From positions 1 through 37,133 of IMG/VR virus record IMGVR_UViG_3300045988_104136: a stretch of 37,133 nt of DNA; one strand, 5' to 3'. This document shows, in pieces, positions 8,293-16,956 of the stretch (position 1 is the stretch's first letter; every line of letters starts with the position of its first letter). The notes beneath the pieces were generated by a model that saw nothing but the letters and a program-made list of their open reading frames with translations, did not search any database and had not been told where the DNA came from. The DNA is from a virus. Both the position numbers and the translations under genes were made by a program.

Positions 8293-8834
8293 TAAACAAC
8301 ACCACCTAATCCTTTTAATACTTCATCTAATTTATCTAACGTTTCCTTATTAGCTTCTTTATCATTTCCAATTATTTCGTTTAAATCCTTTAAAGCAGAT
8401 GCAAGCATCTTTAATCCTTGTCTATCGATTATTCCTTGCATAGTTTCTATTTCTTCATTTTCAATGATTTCTTCCTCGCTAGGTTTATTTGCTTTATAAT
8501 CATATTTTACTTTTTTTGTTTTCTTTTTGTTTTTCACTAGGTAAGTTTCTAATTGACTATTCGCTTTTATAATATTAAGTGCTAAATCATTTGCAATTGA
8601 TTTTATATCTACTATTTGTTGTGCTTCTTTTTCTGCTTCTTTTTCTATTACTTTTTCTATTGTTTTTGATGTTTTTTTGATGTCTTTTTGATGCTTTTTG
8701 ATATTCCATTCTTTTGTTTGTGTGTTTGTAGTTTTATTTCTTGATATTCCTTTTTCTTTTAAAAAAGCATTTACTGATTTATAATTTCCTGAAATGTATT
8801 CCTTTTCTAACTGCTTCCAATCATATTTTGCCAT
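8292..8834 (-). CDS. terS: Terminase small subunit
   Basis: 180 aa with an N-terminal HTH-like segment and a Lys/Glu-rich coiled coil. ATG 8832..8834 follows GGTGGGAG (the ORF track used TTG 8837). It overlaps the terL start. Confidence 0.7.
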   Translation of the reverse strand: MAKYDWKQLEKEYISGNYKSVNAFLKEKGISRNKTTNTQTKEWNIKKHQKDIKKTSKTIEKVIEKEAEKEAQQIVDIKSIANDLALNIIKANSQLETYLVKNKKKTKKVKYDYKANKPSEEEIIENEEIETMQGIIDRQGLKMLASALKDLNEIIGNDKEANKETLDKLDEVLKGLGGVV

Positions 8835-8849
8835 CAACTCCCACCTGCT

Positions 8850-9014
8850 TTATTCTCTTTTTCTGTTATATTCTATACATTTACAATTAACACATTTAGC
8901 TTGTCCATCGATTGCTACTACTACACTACATTCTTTATATTCTCTATCCTTGTAATGCATACAATTAGGACATATTTCTTTTTCATACTTTTTAATTATT
9001 TCATTATCATTCAT
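8850..9014 (-). CDS. 54-aa Cys-rich (CxxC…CxxC) small protein, below the 60-aa track cutoff
   Basis: Hand translation gives MNDNEIIKKYEKEICPNCMHYKDREYKECSVVVAIDGQAKCVNCKCIEYNRKRE. GAGG lies 8 nt upstream of the ATG. Confidence 0.45.
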   Translation of the reverse strand: MNDNEIIKKYEKEICPNCMHYKDREYKECSVVVAIDGQAKCVNCKCIEYNRKRE

Positions 9015-9042
9015 ATTTTTACCTCATAACTATATAAACACT

Positions 9043-9115
9043 ATGTAAGATAAAGTCACCGTCGACTTTTTTGTGCACTCAGGCTAGACTCCCACCAGCT
9101 TGCTTTATCCTACAT
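9043..9115. other. GC-rich island bracketed by a 13-bp inverted repeat. Candidate cis-acting RNA, late-promoter element or pac-region element
   Basis: atgtaagataaag (9043..9055) pairs with ctttatcctacat (9103..9115), 12 of 13 positions. The 47-nt core contains the palindromes GTCGAC (9061) and GTGCAC (9073) and looks unusually G+C-rich by eye for this genome. Confidence 0.35.
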
Positions 9116-9129
9116 ACTATTTATATTTT

Positions 9130-9170
9130 TTAAAAGAAATAAAGAGTAAGCATTTAAAACACTTACTCTT
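9130..9170 (-). terminator. Intrinsic terminator after the late-regulator gene
   Basis: Minus RNA reads AAGAGUAAG-(11 nt)-CUUACUCUU followed by UAUUUCUUUU. Perfect 9-bp stem. Confidence 0.7.
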
Positions 9171-9287
9171 AAGATTAGAGGACAATATACTTGCCTAAAA
9201 CGGTAGCATGGGCTTGCCAATGAATTAGCACTACCTTTTTTACCTACTACCATTTTACTATTGTTTTACCGGACAAAACGGACAAAT

Positions 9288-9710
9288 TTAATTTTTTTGA
9301 AAAAATCTTTTAATTTTCTTTCTTGCGGTATCTTCACTATTGTATTGCATTTTTATTTGTATCTGAATCCAGCTTAAATTATCATAATATCTAAATCTAA
9401 TAATTCTTCTTATCTCTGAATCATCTATATAATTTAACTCATATTCGATTTGCTTTACCATTTTTTCATATCTATATTTTTTACTTCTTAGCATCTTTTT
9501 GTATTGTCGTTTTGTTTTACTACTAAAAAGCTTATTGGATATTCCATTAACCCTAAAGTTTCGCTTTATGTAAGGATATTCATGTTCGCTCCCTGTTACA
9601 GAATCACCTAATATTGTTTTTTCTCTTTTTTCTATGTTCTTTAATCTTCTTTCTATATCTTTTATTTCTTCTATTAGGCTATCTGCTTGTTCTAGTAACT
9701 CTTTAGTCAT
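9288..9710 (-). CDS. Putative late-gene transcriptional regulator (ArpU/RinA-like position; sigma-70 region-4-like C-terminus)
   Basis: 140 aa. The C-terminus IRRIIRFRYYDNLSWIQIQIKMQYNSEDTARKKIKRFF resembles a region-4 HTH. It is the last gene before the packaging module. Confidence 0.5.
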   Translation of the reverse strand: MTKELLEQADSLIEEIKDIERRLKNIEKREKTILGDSVTGSEHEYPYIKRNFRVNGISNKLFSSKTKRQYKKMLRSKKYRYEKMVKQIEYELNYIDDSEIRRIIRFRYYDNLSWIQIQIKMQYNSEDTARKKIKRFFQKN

Positions 9711-9730
9711 TTGTGCCTCCTTAATTATTA

Positions 9731-10042
9731 TTAATTTATTTTATAACAGTCTTGTTCGTATTTCTCATGTGTTAGTATTGTTTTAATATCACCTTCACAC
9801 ATACATTTGGCATTTGTTTCATCTCCTGTTGTTTCTAATACAGGTATTTCTCCATTAAACAAATATTTATCAATTACTTCATTTTCATTTACAAAATCTC
9901 CTACTTCTATTAAATCTATTATGTTAAAGCTATGTTTTACTATTTCATTATCTTTTCCTAAATATGCTCTACCTTTACCATATTTAAAAATTTTTCCTTT
10001 TTTAGTTCTAACATATTCGTTTATACATATTTTTTCTTCTAT
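9731..10042 (-). CDS. 103-codon open frame with no ATG/GTG/TTG near its 5' end; function unknown
   Basis: The frame opens right after a TAG at 10043..10045 and begins ATA GAA GAA AAA ATA TGT. The first canonical start leaves under 40 aa. Product reads IEEKICINEYVRTKKGKIFKYGKGRAYLGKDNEIV…EKYEQDCYKIN. Confidence 0.3.
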   Translation of the reverse strand: MEEKICINEYVRTKKGKIFKYGKGRAYLGKDNEIVKHSFNIIDLIEVGDFVNENEVIDKYLFNGEIPVLETTGDETNAKCMCEGDIKTILTHEKYEQDCYKIN

Positions 10043-10491
10043 CTAGCTTCTAGTCCTTTCTTTGTTTTTCCAATTTTTCTCATATTCTCTGCCATTTTAG
10101 TTTTATCTCTTAATCCTATTTTATAAGAATGTTGCATATTTTCTTGACAATCACACCATTCTAAATTGTCCATTTTATTGTTTTGCTTATTTCCGTCTAT
10201 ATGATTTACTTGTGGTAAATCATTCGGATTAGGAATAAAAGCAGTTGCAACTAACCTATGAATTTTATATGTTTTTCCTTTTGAATTTTTGTCATATAGT
10301 ACTACTCCTAAATATCCTTTTGTTAATTTTAATGGCTTTAAAATCATTTCTTGTTTAAATGCTTTCTTTACGTTCTTGATTCCTACATTTACCAATTTTG
10401 CTTTTCTTCTAATTCTGCCTAAATTACTTACCTGGTAATTTTCATAATTCTCTATATCTTTCCAATATTCTTCTACTTTAAGATTGTCCAT
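10039..10491 (-). CDS. HNH homing-type endonuclease (NUMOD4 + HNH_3 architecture)
   Basis: Motifs YQVSNLGRIRR and HRLVATAFIPNPNDLPQVNHIDGNKQNNKMDNLEW are present. Confidence 0.85.
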   Translation of the reverse strand: MDNLKVEEYWKDIENYENYQVSNLGRIRRKAKLVNVGIKNVKKAFKQEMILKPLKLTKGYLGVVLYDKNSKGKTYKIHRLVATAFIPNPNDLPQVNHIDGNKQNNKMDNLEWCDCQENMQHSYKIGLRDKTKMAENMRKIGKTKKGLEAR

Positions 10492-10494
10492 ATT

Positions 10495-10899
10495 TTATAT
10501 TTCCTCCGAATTATCTAATATAAATTGTTTTACAGTTTGTCCTGAATATTTATATGCTCTGTCATCTATATAAATTTGAGCAGGTAATTTTCTATTTGTA
10601 ACTCCTATAAAATTAAGTTTATTCCAAAATTTTTCATCATCATTTATACTTATAGCTTCACACCAAAAACCTTGTTTATTTCACCAATTTATAATTTGCA
10701 TTGGCTCTCTTGTTGAACATATAAATACTGGTATATTTAGTTTTTGTAATAATAACATTAAGTCTAATACATTTTTATTATATTCATCATAAATACTTCC
10801 ATCTTGCCAGCCTTTTGAATATTTATGTATTACTCCGTCAAAGTCAAAACATACTGCGTGTCCTTCTTTTAATTTTAAATCTAATCTTTTAATTTCCAT
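10495..10899 (-). CDS. HAD-superfamily phosphatase/nucleotidase-like gene interrupted by one in-frame TGA (72 aa + TGA + 61 aa)
   Basis: Motif I CFDFDGVI lies upstream of the TGA at 10681..10683. The same frame continues [47 protein letters not shown]…, which carries the Lys and DD motifs, to a TAA at 10495. Confidence 0.6.
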
Positions 10900-10908
10900 T
10901 GTTACCTC

Positions 10909-11223
10909 CTAATTTTCTTCTGCTTTATTTTCAAAATACTTTTCAAAATCTTCTTGTTTTATTAATTCAGCTATAACATAATCTTTATCTGCAGTTAATA
11001 TCATTTGTAAGACTACTACATTTTTATACTCTTTTATTTTTTGACTATATCTATACATATCATCATAATCTTTAAAAAGAATTTCAGCTTTGTTGCCATT
11101 TAAATACAAATATTCAAACCAACTTTCTTTATATGTTTTATATATTCCTCCACTACAAGCATTTATTTTTATATTCGTATCCCCTTCATTATAATTATTA
11201 AACATCTTCCACTTTCCTTTCAT
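10909..11223 (-). CDS. Hypothetical protein
   Basis: 104-aa ORF in the co-directional early/replication operon. The start may be ATG 11223 or ATG 11205. Confidence 0.5.
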   Translation of the reverse strand: MKGKWKMFNNYNEGDTNIKINACSGGIYKTYKESWFEYLYLNGNKAEILFKDYDDMYRYSQKIKEYKNVVVLQMILTADKDYVIAELIKQEDFEKYFENKAEEN

Positions 11224-11605
11224 AGTGTTGTTTTATTTCTTTAAGACTTTTATTTGTAAAATTATAATTTCTTTCTTTTATTTCTTCTGCCATTAAATCT
11301 ATCATCTTGTCTTTCTTCTTAATTTCTTGTGCGCTTTCCTCTAATGTTTTTCCTTGCTTTGTTACAATACTTTTATAGTTTGGATTTTTTTGTAACTTTT
11401 TTACTTCTTTTACTCTATTTCTTAGCTTTCGCAATAGATCTTTATTATGTTTTCTTAATTTCTCGACTTCTCTATCTCTTCCTTTTAGCATATTTAAAAT
11501 TGCTTCTAAATCGTCTATAAGTACTATTGTTGTATATCCACCTGAAAGTGGAGAATCTATATCGCTATTTAATCGGTAAATTATTTTTTCCTGCTCTTTA
11601 GTCAT
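11198..11605 (-). CDS. Hypothetical coiled-coil protein
   Basis: 135 aa, Lys/Glu-rich heptads, with a GGAGGAG ribosome-binding site upstream. Confidence 0.55.
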   Translation of the reverse strand: MTKEQEKIIYRLNSDIDSPLSGGYTTIVLIDDLEAILNMLKGRDREVEKLRKHNKDLLRKLRNRVKEVKKLQKNPNYKSIVTKQGKTLEESAQEIKKKDKMIDLMAEEIKERNYNFTNKSLKEIKQHYERKVEDV

Positions 11606-11620
11606 TTACTCTCCTCCTTC

Positions 11621-11809
11621 TTATTGCATTACTGACATCTCACAGCCTTCACATTTAGCCCATAAATGTCCATTATATGTATTTTTTATTGCATCTGCTT
11701 TTCCATTACAAATTGGACAAGTAAATTCATAATGTTTACCTCTTTCTTTACAAGTTTCATTTGCTACTTTTAGAAATTTTAAAAAATCTTGTATTTCTTT
11801 ATCTTCCAA
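11621..11809 (-). CDS. Small zinc-finger protein (CPIC…CEGC)
   Basis: TTG 11807..11809 lies 9 nt after GAGGAGG and is preferred over the track start at 11827. Four Cys are arranged as two CxxC pairs. Confidence 0.5.
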   Translation of the reverse strand: MEDKEIQDFLKFLKVANETCKERGKHYEFTCPICNGKADAIKNTYNGHLWAKCEGCEMSVMQ

Positions 11810-11810
11810 T

Positions 11811-11960
11811 TTATTTTTCCTCCTCAAAATTTAAAATAACATCGTTAAGTTTAATTAGATTCTTTGTTTCCTGCTTTAATCTGTTATACTTTTCTTTGCT
11901 TATATTTATTGACTTTACTCCCATTGCTATAAGCTGTTCTATCTTTTTATCTTCTGTCAT
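11811..11960 (-). CDS. 49-aa hypothetical protein, below the track cutoff
   Basis: Hand translation gives MTEDKKIEQLIAMGVKSINISKEKYNRLKQETKNLIKLNDVILNFEEEK. It fills an otherwise empty gap in the operon. Confidence 0.35.
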   Translation of the reverse strand: MTEDKKIEQLIAMGVKSINISKEKYNRLKQETKNLIKLNDVILNFEEEK

Positions 11961-11971
11961 ATCTATTCTTC

Positions 11972-12283
11972 CTATCCTTTCCCTAATACTTTTTCTTTAA
12001 ATTCTTTATATGTAAGATTAGATATTTCTTCTATATCTTCTAACATTTCTTTTAATGTAATTCCTCTTTGTCTTTTATCCCATATTCTTCTTACTAAAGT
12101 TCTATCTCCAAAAGATCCTACTTCAAATATATTCATTATTCCATCTTCTGTTCTATAATATAATTCATACATAATTGCATTGCTTCCCCATGTATTCTCT
12201 TTTGGTTTATCTTCATAAAATACAACACTATAGTTTATTATGTTATTTATCGGTTTCTTATTTTCTATCTCTTCTTCTGTCAT
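11972..12283 (-). CDS. Hypothetical protein
   Basis: ATG 12281..12283 overlaps the helicase stop (ATGA), which suggests coupling. The ORF track began at an upstream TTG. Confidence 0.55.
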   Translation of the reverse strand: MTEEEIENKKPINNIINYSVVFYEDKPKENTWGSNAIMYELYYRTEDGIMNIFEVGSFGDRTLVRRIWDKRQRGITLKEMLEDIEEISNLTYKEFKEKVLGKG

Positions 12284-13710
12284 TGCTTGTCCCCCCAATA
12301 CTTACATTCTTTAAAATTGCATACCCCAATATCTCTGTCCCTTTCTATTTCAACTATTTCATTATTATTTTTTCTATAATAACTTTTTCTAGTTTTATAC
12401 ATATTTTCAAAATATTTATTTGGATCTACCAAATCATAACAAATTGGATTTTTTTTATTTTCAAATTTTCTTTCTATTCTTCCAACAGCTTGTATAACTG
12501 TTGCTTTATCTCTGTGTGGGCTAGCTAAAATAAGCCTGTCCAACCTAGGTATATCCAACCCTTCTTTTGCTAGTCCATAAGTAGCAAATAAAACTTTCTG
12601 ATTTCCTTGTCTAACTTCTTCTATTGCTTTTTCTCTAATATTCTTTTTTGTTTTACCATCTATGACATTTCCATATCCTAATTTATCTTGCAAGTAATAT
12701 AATTGATTTACTCTATCTGCTAATACTAATGTATAATTGTTTTTACACTTCTCTAATAAGCTTAATATTAATTTATTTCTTTCTTTATCTTCTGATAATG
12801 CTGTTGTTAATGTTGCATATTTTATTGTTCCATCTATGTCCAAGCATTTATTTGGAATCTCATAAAAATTTGTATATTGTTTTATTATTGTTGCAGGTAC
12901 TATCCTATTTCCAATTACATCTTTATCTAATTCAATTATTGTTTTTCCTAATAAACTAAACATTGCTTTTTCTGTACCTTTTACATTTCTATAAGGTGTT
13001 GCTGTTAACCCGTATTTATATCTAGCTACTAATTTATTTATTACCTTATAAAACATACCTGCTTTTGCAGGAGTACCACAAACTCTGTGGCACTCATCTA
13101 CAATAATGCAATCCCAAGTATCAGCATATTCTTGTAAGTCTATACTTTTAAGTGTTTGCACTGTAGCAAATGTAATATGTGTTCCGATTTCAATCTTACC
13201 ATTTGCTATTTTACCTAACCCAATATCTTTAAAATTGTTTTTAGCTCTATCATAAGATTGATTTAATAAATCTATAGTATGTGTTATCCAAAGCGTCTTT
13301 AATTTTAATCTTGCAATAATCTCTAATGCTGTTTGTGTCTTTCCACTTCCTGCAGGCATAACAATTATTCCATTTTTCCTTAATATTGCCTTTTTGCAAA
13401 CCTCTTCTTGATAATCAAATAATTTAATATTACTTTTATAAGTAACATATTCTCCTAGAACTATTCTATTTTCAAACATCTCTATTGGATACATTGCAAA
13501 TAAATCTGTTAAGCAGCCAAATGGCAAAATCAATTCATTTCCATTAATCTCATAAAAAACCAAATATTGCGATGTTTTATAATTAGAATAGCCTAACCTT
13601 TTATTTCTTATATATTCTGGATTTTCCATAACTAAATTTTCTTCTGCATAATCTTTAATTCTTCTATCTGGAGCTTGTATTCTTATGTTATTTGATACTA
13701 TTATTTTCAT
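12280..13710 (-). CDS. Superfamily-2 DEAD/DEAH-box DNA helicase
   Basis: Motif I MPAGSGKT, motif II VDECH, motif III LTATPYR and motif VI QAVGRIER are all present. Confidence 0.9.
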   Translation of the reverse strand: MKIIVSNNIRIQAPDRRIKDYAEENLVMENPEYIRNKRLGYSNYKTSQYLVFYEINGNELILPFGCLTDLFAMYPIEMFENRIVLGEYVTYKSNIKLFDYQEEVCKKAILRKNGIIVMPAGSGKTQTALEIIARLKLKTLWITHTIDLLNQSYDRAKNNFKDIGLGKIANGKIEIGTHITFATVQTLKSIDLQEYADTWDCIIVDECHRVCGTPAKAGMFYKVINKLVARYKYGLTATPYRNVKGTEKAMFSLLGKTIIELDKDVIGNRIVPATIIKQYTNFYEIPNKCLDIDGTIKYATLTTALSEDKERNKLILSLLEKCKNNYTLVLADRVNQLYYLQDKLGYGNVIDGKTKKNIREKAIEEVRQGNQKVLFATYGLAKEGLDIPRLDRLILASPHRDKATVIQAVGRIERKFENKKNPICYDLVDPNKYFENMYKTRKSYYRKNNNEIVEIERDRDIGVCNFKECKYWGDKQ

Positions 13711-13714
13711 TACT

Positions 13715-14077
13715 TCACATCCATTTCTTTTGTAATCTTAAATCTATACTTTTCTCCTCAAAATTAATTTTATTTATAGGTATTAAATAAATATCTTCAT
13801 TATATTTAATTGCTATAAAATATCTTGTATTTCCACATTCAAAAAATTTTTTACTAGCTTCTATCTGGTTTTGTTCTATTCTGTTAAGTGGAAATAAATA
13901 ATTATTACATGTTTTGCAATCTATCAAAATTGCTTTACCATTTTTTACTGCAATTAAATCTGCAGGTTGGCTACCTATATGTGTTTTTGGTGTTAATAAA
14001 GTAACCCAAAATCCATTATCTGATAAAATCTTTGCCAATTCTTTTTCAAAATCATTTCCTATTTTTTTATTACTCAA
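13715..14077 (-). CDS. Holliday-junction resolvase-like PD-(D/E)xK nuclease (Hjc-type)
   Basis: 120 aa with GNDFEKELAKILSDNGFWV…PADLIAVKNGKAILIDCK, matching the E…D…D/E-x-K pattern. Confidence 0.7.
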   Translation of the reverse strand: MSNKKIGNDFEKELAKILSDNGFWVTLLTPKTHIGSQPADLIAVKNGKAILIDCKTCNNYLFPLNRIEQNQIEASKKFFECGNTRYFIAIKYNEDIYLIPINKINFEEKSIDLRLQKKWM

Positions 14078-14282
14078 TTTTAAATCCTCCTAACACTTTA
14101 TCTTTAGATACCTCTTCTTTTCTCATAATTTCTTTTAGAAAGAATGATGCAACTTCTTGCATTTCATTTATATCTTCTACATAATCATCAGCTTTTTCTG
14201 GATGTTCTGTTATGTAATTTATGCCATTTTGATATCTTTGTAATAGATGATTATACATTTCCTTATATTTTTTAATATCCAT
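14070..14282 (-). CDS. Hypothetical protein
   Basis: ATG 14280..14282 follows AGAAAGGA and is preferred over the track TTG at 14354. It is the first gene after the iteron region. Confidence 0.5.
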   Translation of the reverse strand: MDIKKYKEMYNHLLQRYQNGINYITEHPEKADDYVEDINEMQEVASFFLKEIMRKEEVSKDKVLGGFKIE

Positions 14283-14385
14283 TTTTTTATCCTTTCTTGT
14301 TACATCTTTTTCTATTGCTGTTACCTTACTGTTACATATGATGTGTAGCAACAAAGCCGTTATATTTCTAATATTATATTGATTT

Positions 14386-14579
14386 GTTACACCGTTACAC
14401 CCATTTTTTAATTTATTACATATATATAATTAATAAAGTACATACATCTATTTTCCTTATACATATATATAAATATTATTTTAGGTGTAACATATACATA
14501 TTATTTAATTAAAATGCTTGTAGCTCTAATATTTTAATTGTTACACAGCTACGTGTATCTATGGTGTATCATGTGTATC
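14386..14579. repeat. Origin-like iteron cluster with an AT-rich spacer
   Basis: GTTACAC occurs at 14386, 14394 and 14540, with an inverted copy at 14485. GTGTATC occurs three times at 14553, 14564 and 14573. TACATATATATAA-like AT tracts lie between them, and the cluster abuts the helicase gene. Confidence 0.45.
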
Positions 14580-16424
14580 AAAGTATATATTTTTGATTCT
14601 TATAATTCTTTGTTGTGTACCATTTATTCTTGTATTTACTTGATATTTGCCTTGACCATCTAAAGCAATATATCCTTTGTGTAACATTTTATTTTTTATT
14701 CCATTCCAATTAATATGATTTTCTTTTAAAATTTCATATAATCTCGTTGGAATAAAATCATAATACATAATAGATCCTTTACCATCTGTTGTTTTTTCTA
14801 GTTTTCCCCAAACTTGTCCAGCCGGTGGAAAACTTTTATCATTATCATAAAAGTTATTTATATTTGCATTTGCTATATCTATTATTAAGTTTATATATCT
14901 ATCTGTTTCATCAATATCATTCCTTATATATTCTTTAATATCATCTAAGCTTAATGGCTCATCATGGAATATTAATTTACTACAATAGTAATCAGCTGTC
15001 ATAATACAAGCAAAAGCATTTACTTGTTTTTTATATTCTGTTAACTCAGAAATATCTTTTGCAAATTTATTGTTTACTTGTTCTAATTGTTCTCTATTTG
15101 CTATAAGATCTATAAATTCTTTTCCTGCATATCCATAATTATCTTGAATGAATTTAACTGTTGCATTTCCATCTTCAATTATTGGAGTATCATCATTTAT
15201 CTCTATTACTCTGTTTTTAACACCTTCTTTAGAAGTATCTGATGTTATTGGCTCTTCTCCATTTAGAATAATTATTGTCTGCCAACTTGTCTGTTCTCTT
15301 ATTCCATTGTCTACTGTTCCTCTTTCTTTTCCTTTACCTTCTGTAAGAGTATAGATAACTTCATCAAAGCTTTTATATCTTGCTTTAGCTATTTGTAATT
15401 CATCTAAAAAGATTGGCATATTTCTATAAAAATTACATAATCTTTCATTTGCTATCGCTGTATTACTTAAATTGCTAATCATATTGTTATCTGGTCTACC
15501 CCAGATACTTGAACAAACCATCTCTGCTACAGTTTTTCCATTTCCACTTTTCCCCCATAGATGCACTATAAAAGTATTTAATTTAAAGATTCTTACTAAA
15601 ACTCCCGCAAAACTAGCTGCAATCATAAATCTTAATGTTTTACTATCTTTCCTTAAATTTCTTATATATTCTTTCCATTCTTCATAATTTCCACTTTTTG
15701 ATATAGAATCTATTTTTTGTTTAAATTCTTTGTCTACATCTAAAATATATTTATCTGTGTAAGGTACAAAGTCTTTATCTATCCAACCTAAATGATTTGT
15801 GGAAACCTTGGGTTTTATGTCATTTAATTCTAATACATCTGCCAGATATGTAATTAATTCTTTAGCATTATTTTCATTTACTTCTATTCCAAAATTAGCT
15901 AATTGTAATATCTTTGATTTACTAGCTATTGTTGTTTTTTCTACTATAACCGTTTGCCATTTCTGGTCCTTATAAAAAGCTAATTTAATTTTTTCTAAAT
16001 TCGTATCTAAATTAATTAAGCGTTCAATAGGTATAATTGGGTGGCTACATGCTTTTACTTTAATAGGAGTCATTGTCGTGTCATATTTGTATTTAAAAAT
16101 TTCAATATCAGTTGCTTCCCATTCACCTGTCTTCATAGAAGGATATGGACAATTTGTAAAATTCGTTTTTTTACTATTTGATGATTTTTGTTGAATTACC
16201 ATCTCTGCCTGGTATGCTTTCATTAAATTTGTAAAATTTCTTTTTACATTTAATTCTTTTGCTCTATCTTCAAATTGATTTAACACTTTTTGTTTTTGTA
16301 CTGGATTTTCTATAGCAAATATATATTTTATTTTTTCTTCACTTAATAATTCTTCTTTAGATAATTTTTTTATGTCATATATATCTGCTGTATCTAGTAA
16401 CTCATCAGCCATATCTTTTTGCAA
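14559..16424 (-). CDS. Replicative primase-associated SF3/AAA+ helicase (P4/D5-like, DUF927-type)
   Basis: 621 aa with Walker A WGKSGNGKT and Walker B-like IFLDELQ. It is coupled to the upstream CHC2 zinc-finger gene. Confidence 0.8.
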   Translation of the reverse strand: MQKDMADELLDTADIYDIKKLSKEELLSEEKIKYIFAIENPVQKQKVLNQFEDRAKELNVKRNFTNLMKAYQAEMVIQQKSSNSKKTNFTNCPYPSMKTGEWEATDIEIFKYKYDTTMTPIKVKACSHPIIPIERLINLDTNLEKIKLAFYKDQKWQTVIVEKTTIASKSKILQLANFGIEVNENNAKELITYLADVLELNDIKPKVSTNHLGWIDKDFVPYTDKYILDVDKEFKQKIDSISKSGNYEEWKEYIRNLRKDSKTLRFMIAASFAGVLVRIFKLNTFIVHLWGKSGNGKTVAEMVCSSIWGRPDNNMISNLSNTAIANERLCNFYRNMPIFLDELQIAKARYKSFDEVIYTLTEGKGKERGTVDNGIREQTSWQTIIILNGEEPITSDTSKEGVKNRVIEINDDTPIIEDGNATVKFIQDNYGYAGKEFIDLIANREQLEQVNNKFAKDISELTEYKKQVNAFACIMTADYYCSKLIFHDEPLSLDDIKEYIRNDIDETDRYINLIIDIANANINNFYDNDKSFPPAGQVWGKLEKTTDGKGSIMYYDFIPTRLYEILKENHINWNGIKNKMLHKGYIALDGQGKYQVNTRINGTQQRIIRIKNIYFDTHDTP

Positions 16425-16944
16425 GTTGGTCCACCTTCTTTCTAAAAGAACTATCTTTATATAGTTCTATTTTTTCTTCGTTTGTTCCATAGATAAAAGC
16501 ATCTAAGTAATAATCTATAGTTGATAAATTCTGGTCTTTTTCTATAAAGTTCATTTTATGTATACTATTGCATAATGTTTGAAATGTCCTATTTTCCCAT
16601 AACATAAATTGCTGTTTTGCCATTTGTTTTTGCTTATATCTATTAATTTTTATTTCATCAGTTTTACCTTTAAAATCTAGCCCTAAACCTAAATTGTCAT
16701 TTATATATTTAGCTGCTTGATAAGCATTTATTTTCAATAAATCTTCTACTAAATTGATTGCATCTCCACCTTTGCCACAGCCAAAGCATTTCCAAACTTG
16801 TTTCTTTTCTGATATAGATAAACTAGCTGTCTTTTCAGTATGGAAAGGGCATTTACAAAAATGCGATTTATTTAGTTTTAGACCTAATAAGTTTGCTACA
16901 TCAATTATGTTCACTAATTCTTTTACTTCTTTGATTTTATTCAT
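16405..16944 (-). CDS. DnaG-type CHC2 zinc-finger primase domain protein
   Basis: CPFHTEKTASLSISEKKQVWKCFGCGKGGDAINLV is present. Confidence 0.8.
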   Translation of the reverse strand: MNKIKEVKELVNIIDVANLLGLKLNKSHFCKCPFHTEKTASLSISEKKQVWKCFGCGKGGDAINLVEDLLKINAYQAAKYINDNLGLGLDFKGKTDEIKINRYKQKQMAKQQFMLWENRTFQTLCNSIHKMNFIEKDQNLSTIDYYLDAFIYGTNEEKIELYKDSSFRKKVDQLAKRYG

Positions 16945-16956
16945 CTGATGGACCTC

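Noticed and set aside
10039-10491. HNH protein as the packaging-associated HNH of cos phages
   Set aside because: Its architecture is NUMOD4 + HNH_3 (homing-endonuclease type). It is separated from terS by two genes and a terminator, and the large terminase looks PBSX/headful-type. A free-standing selfish endonuclease is more likely.
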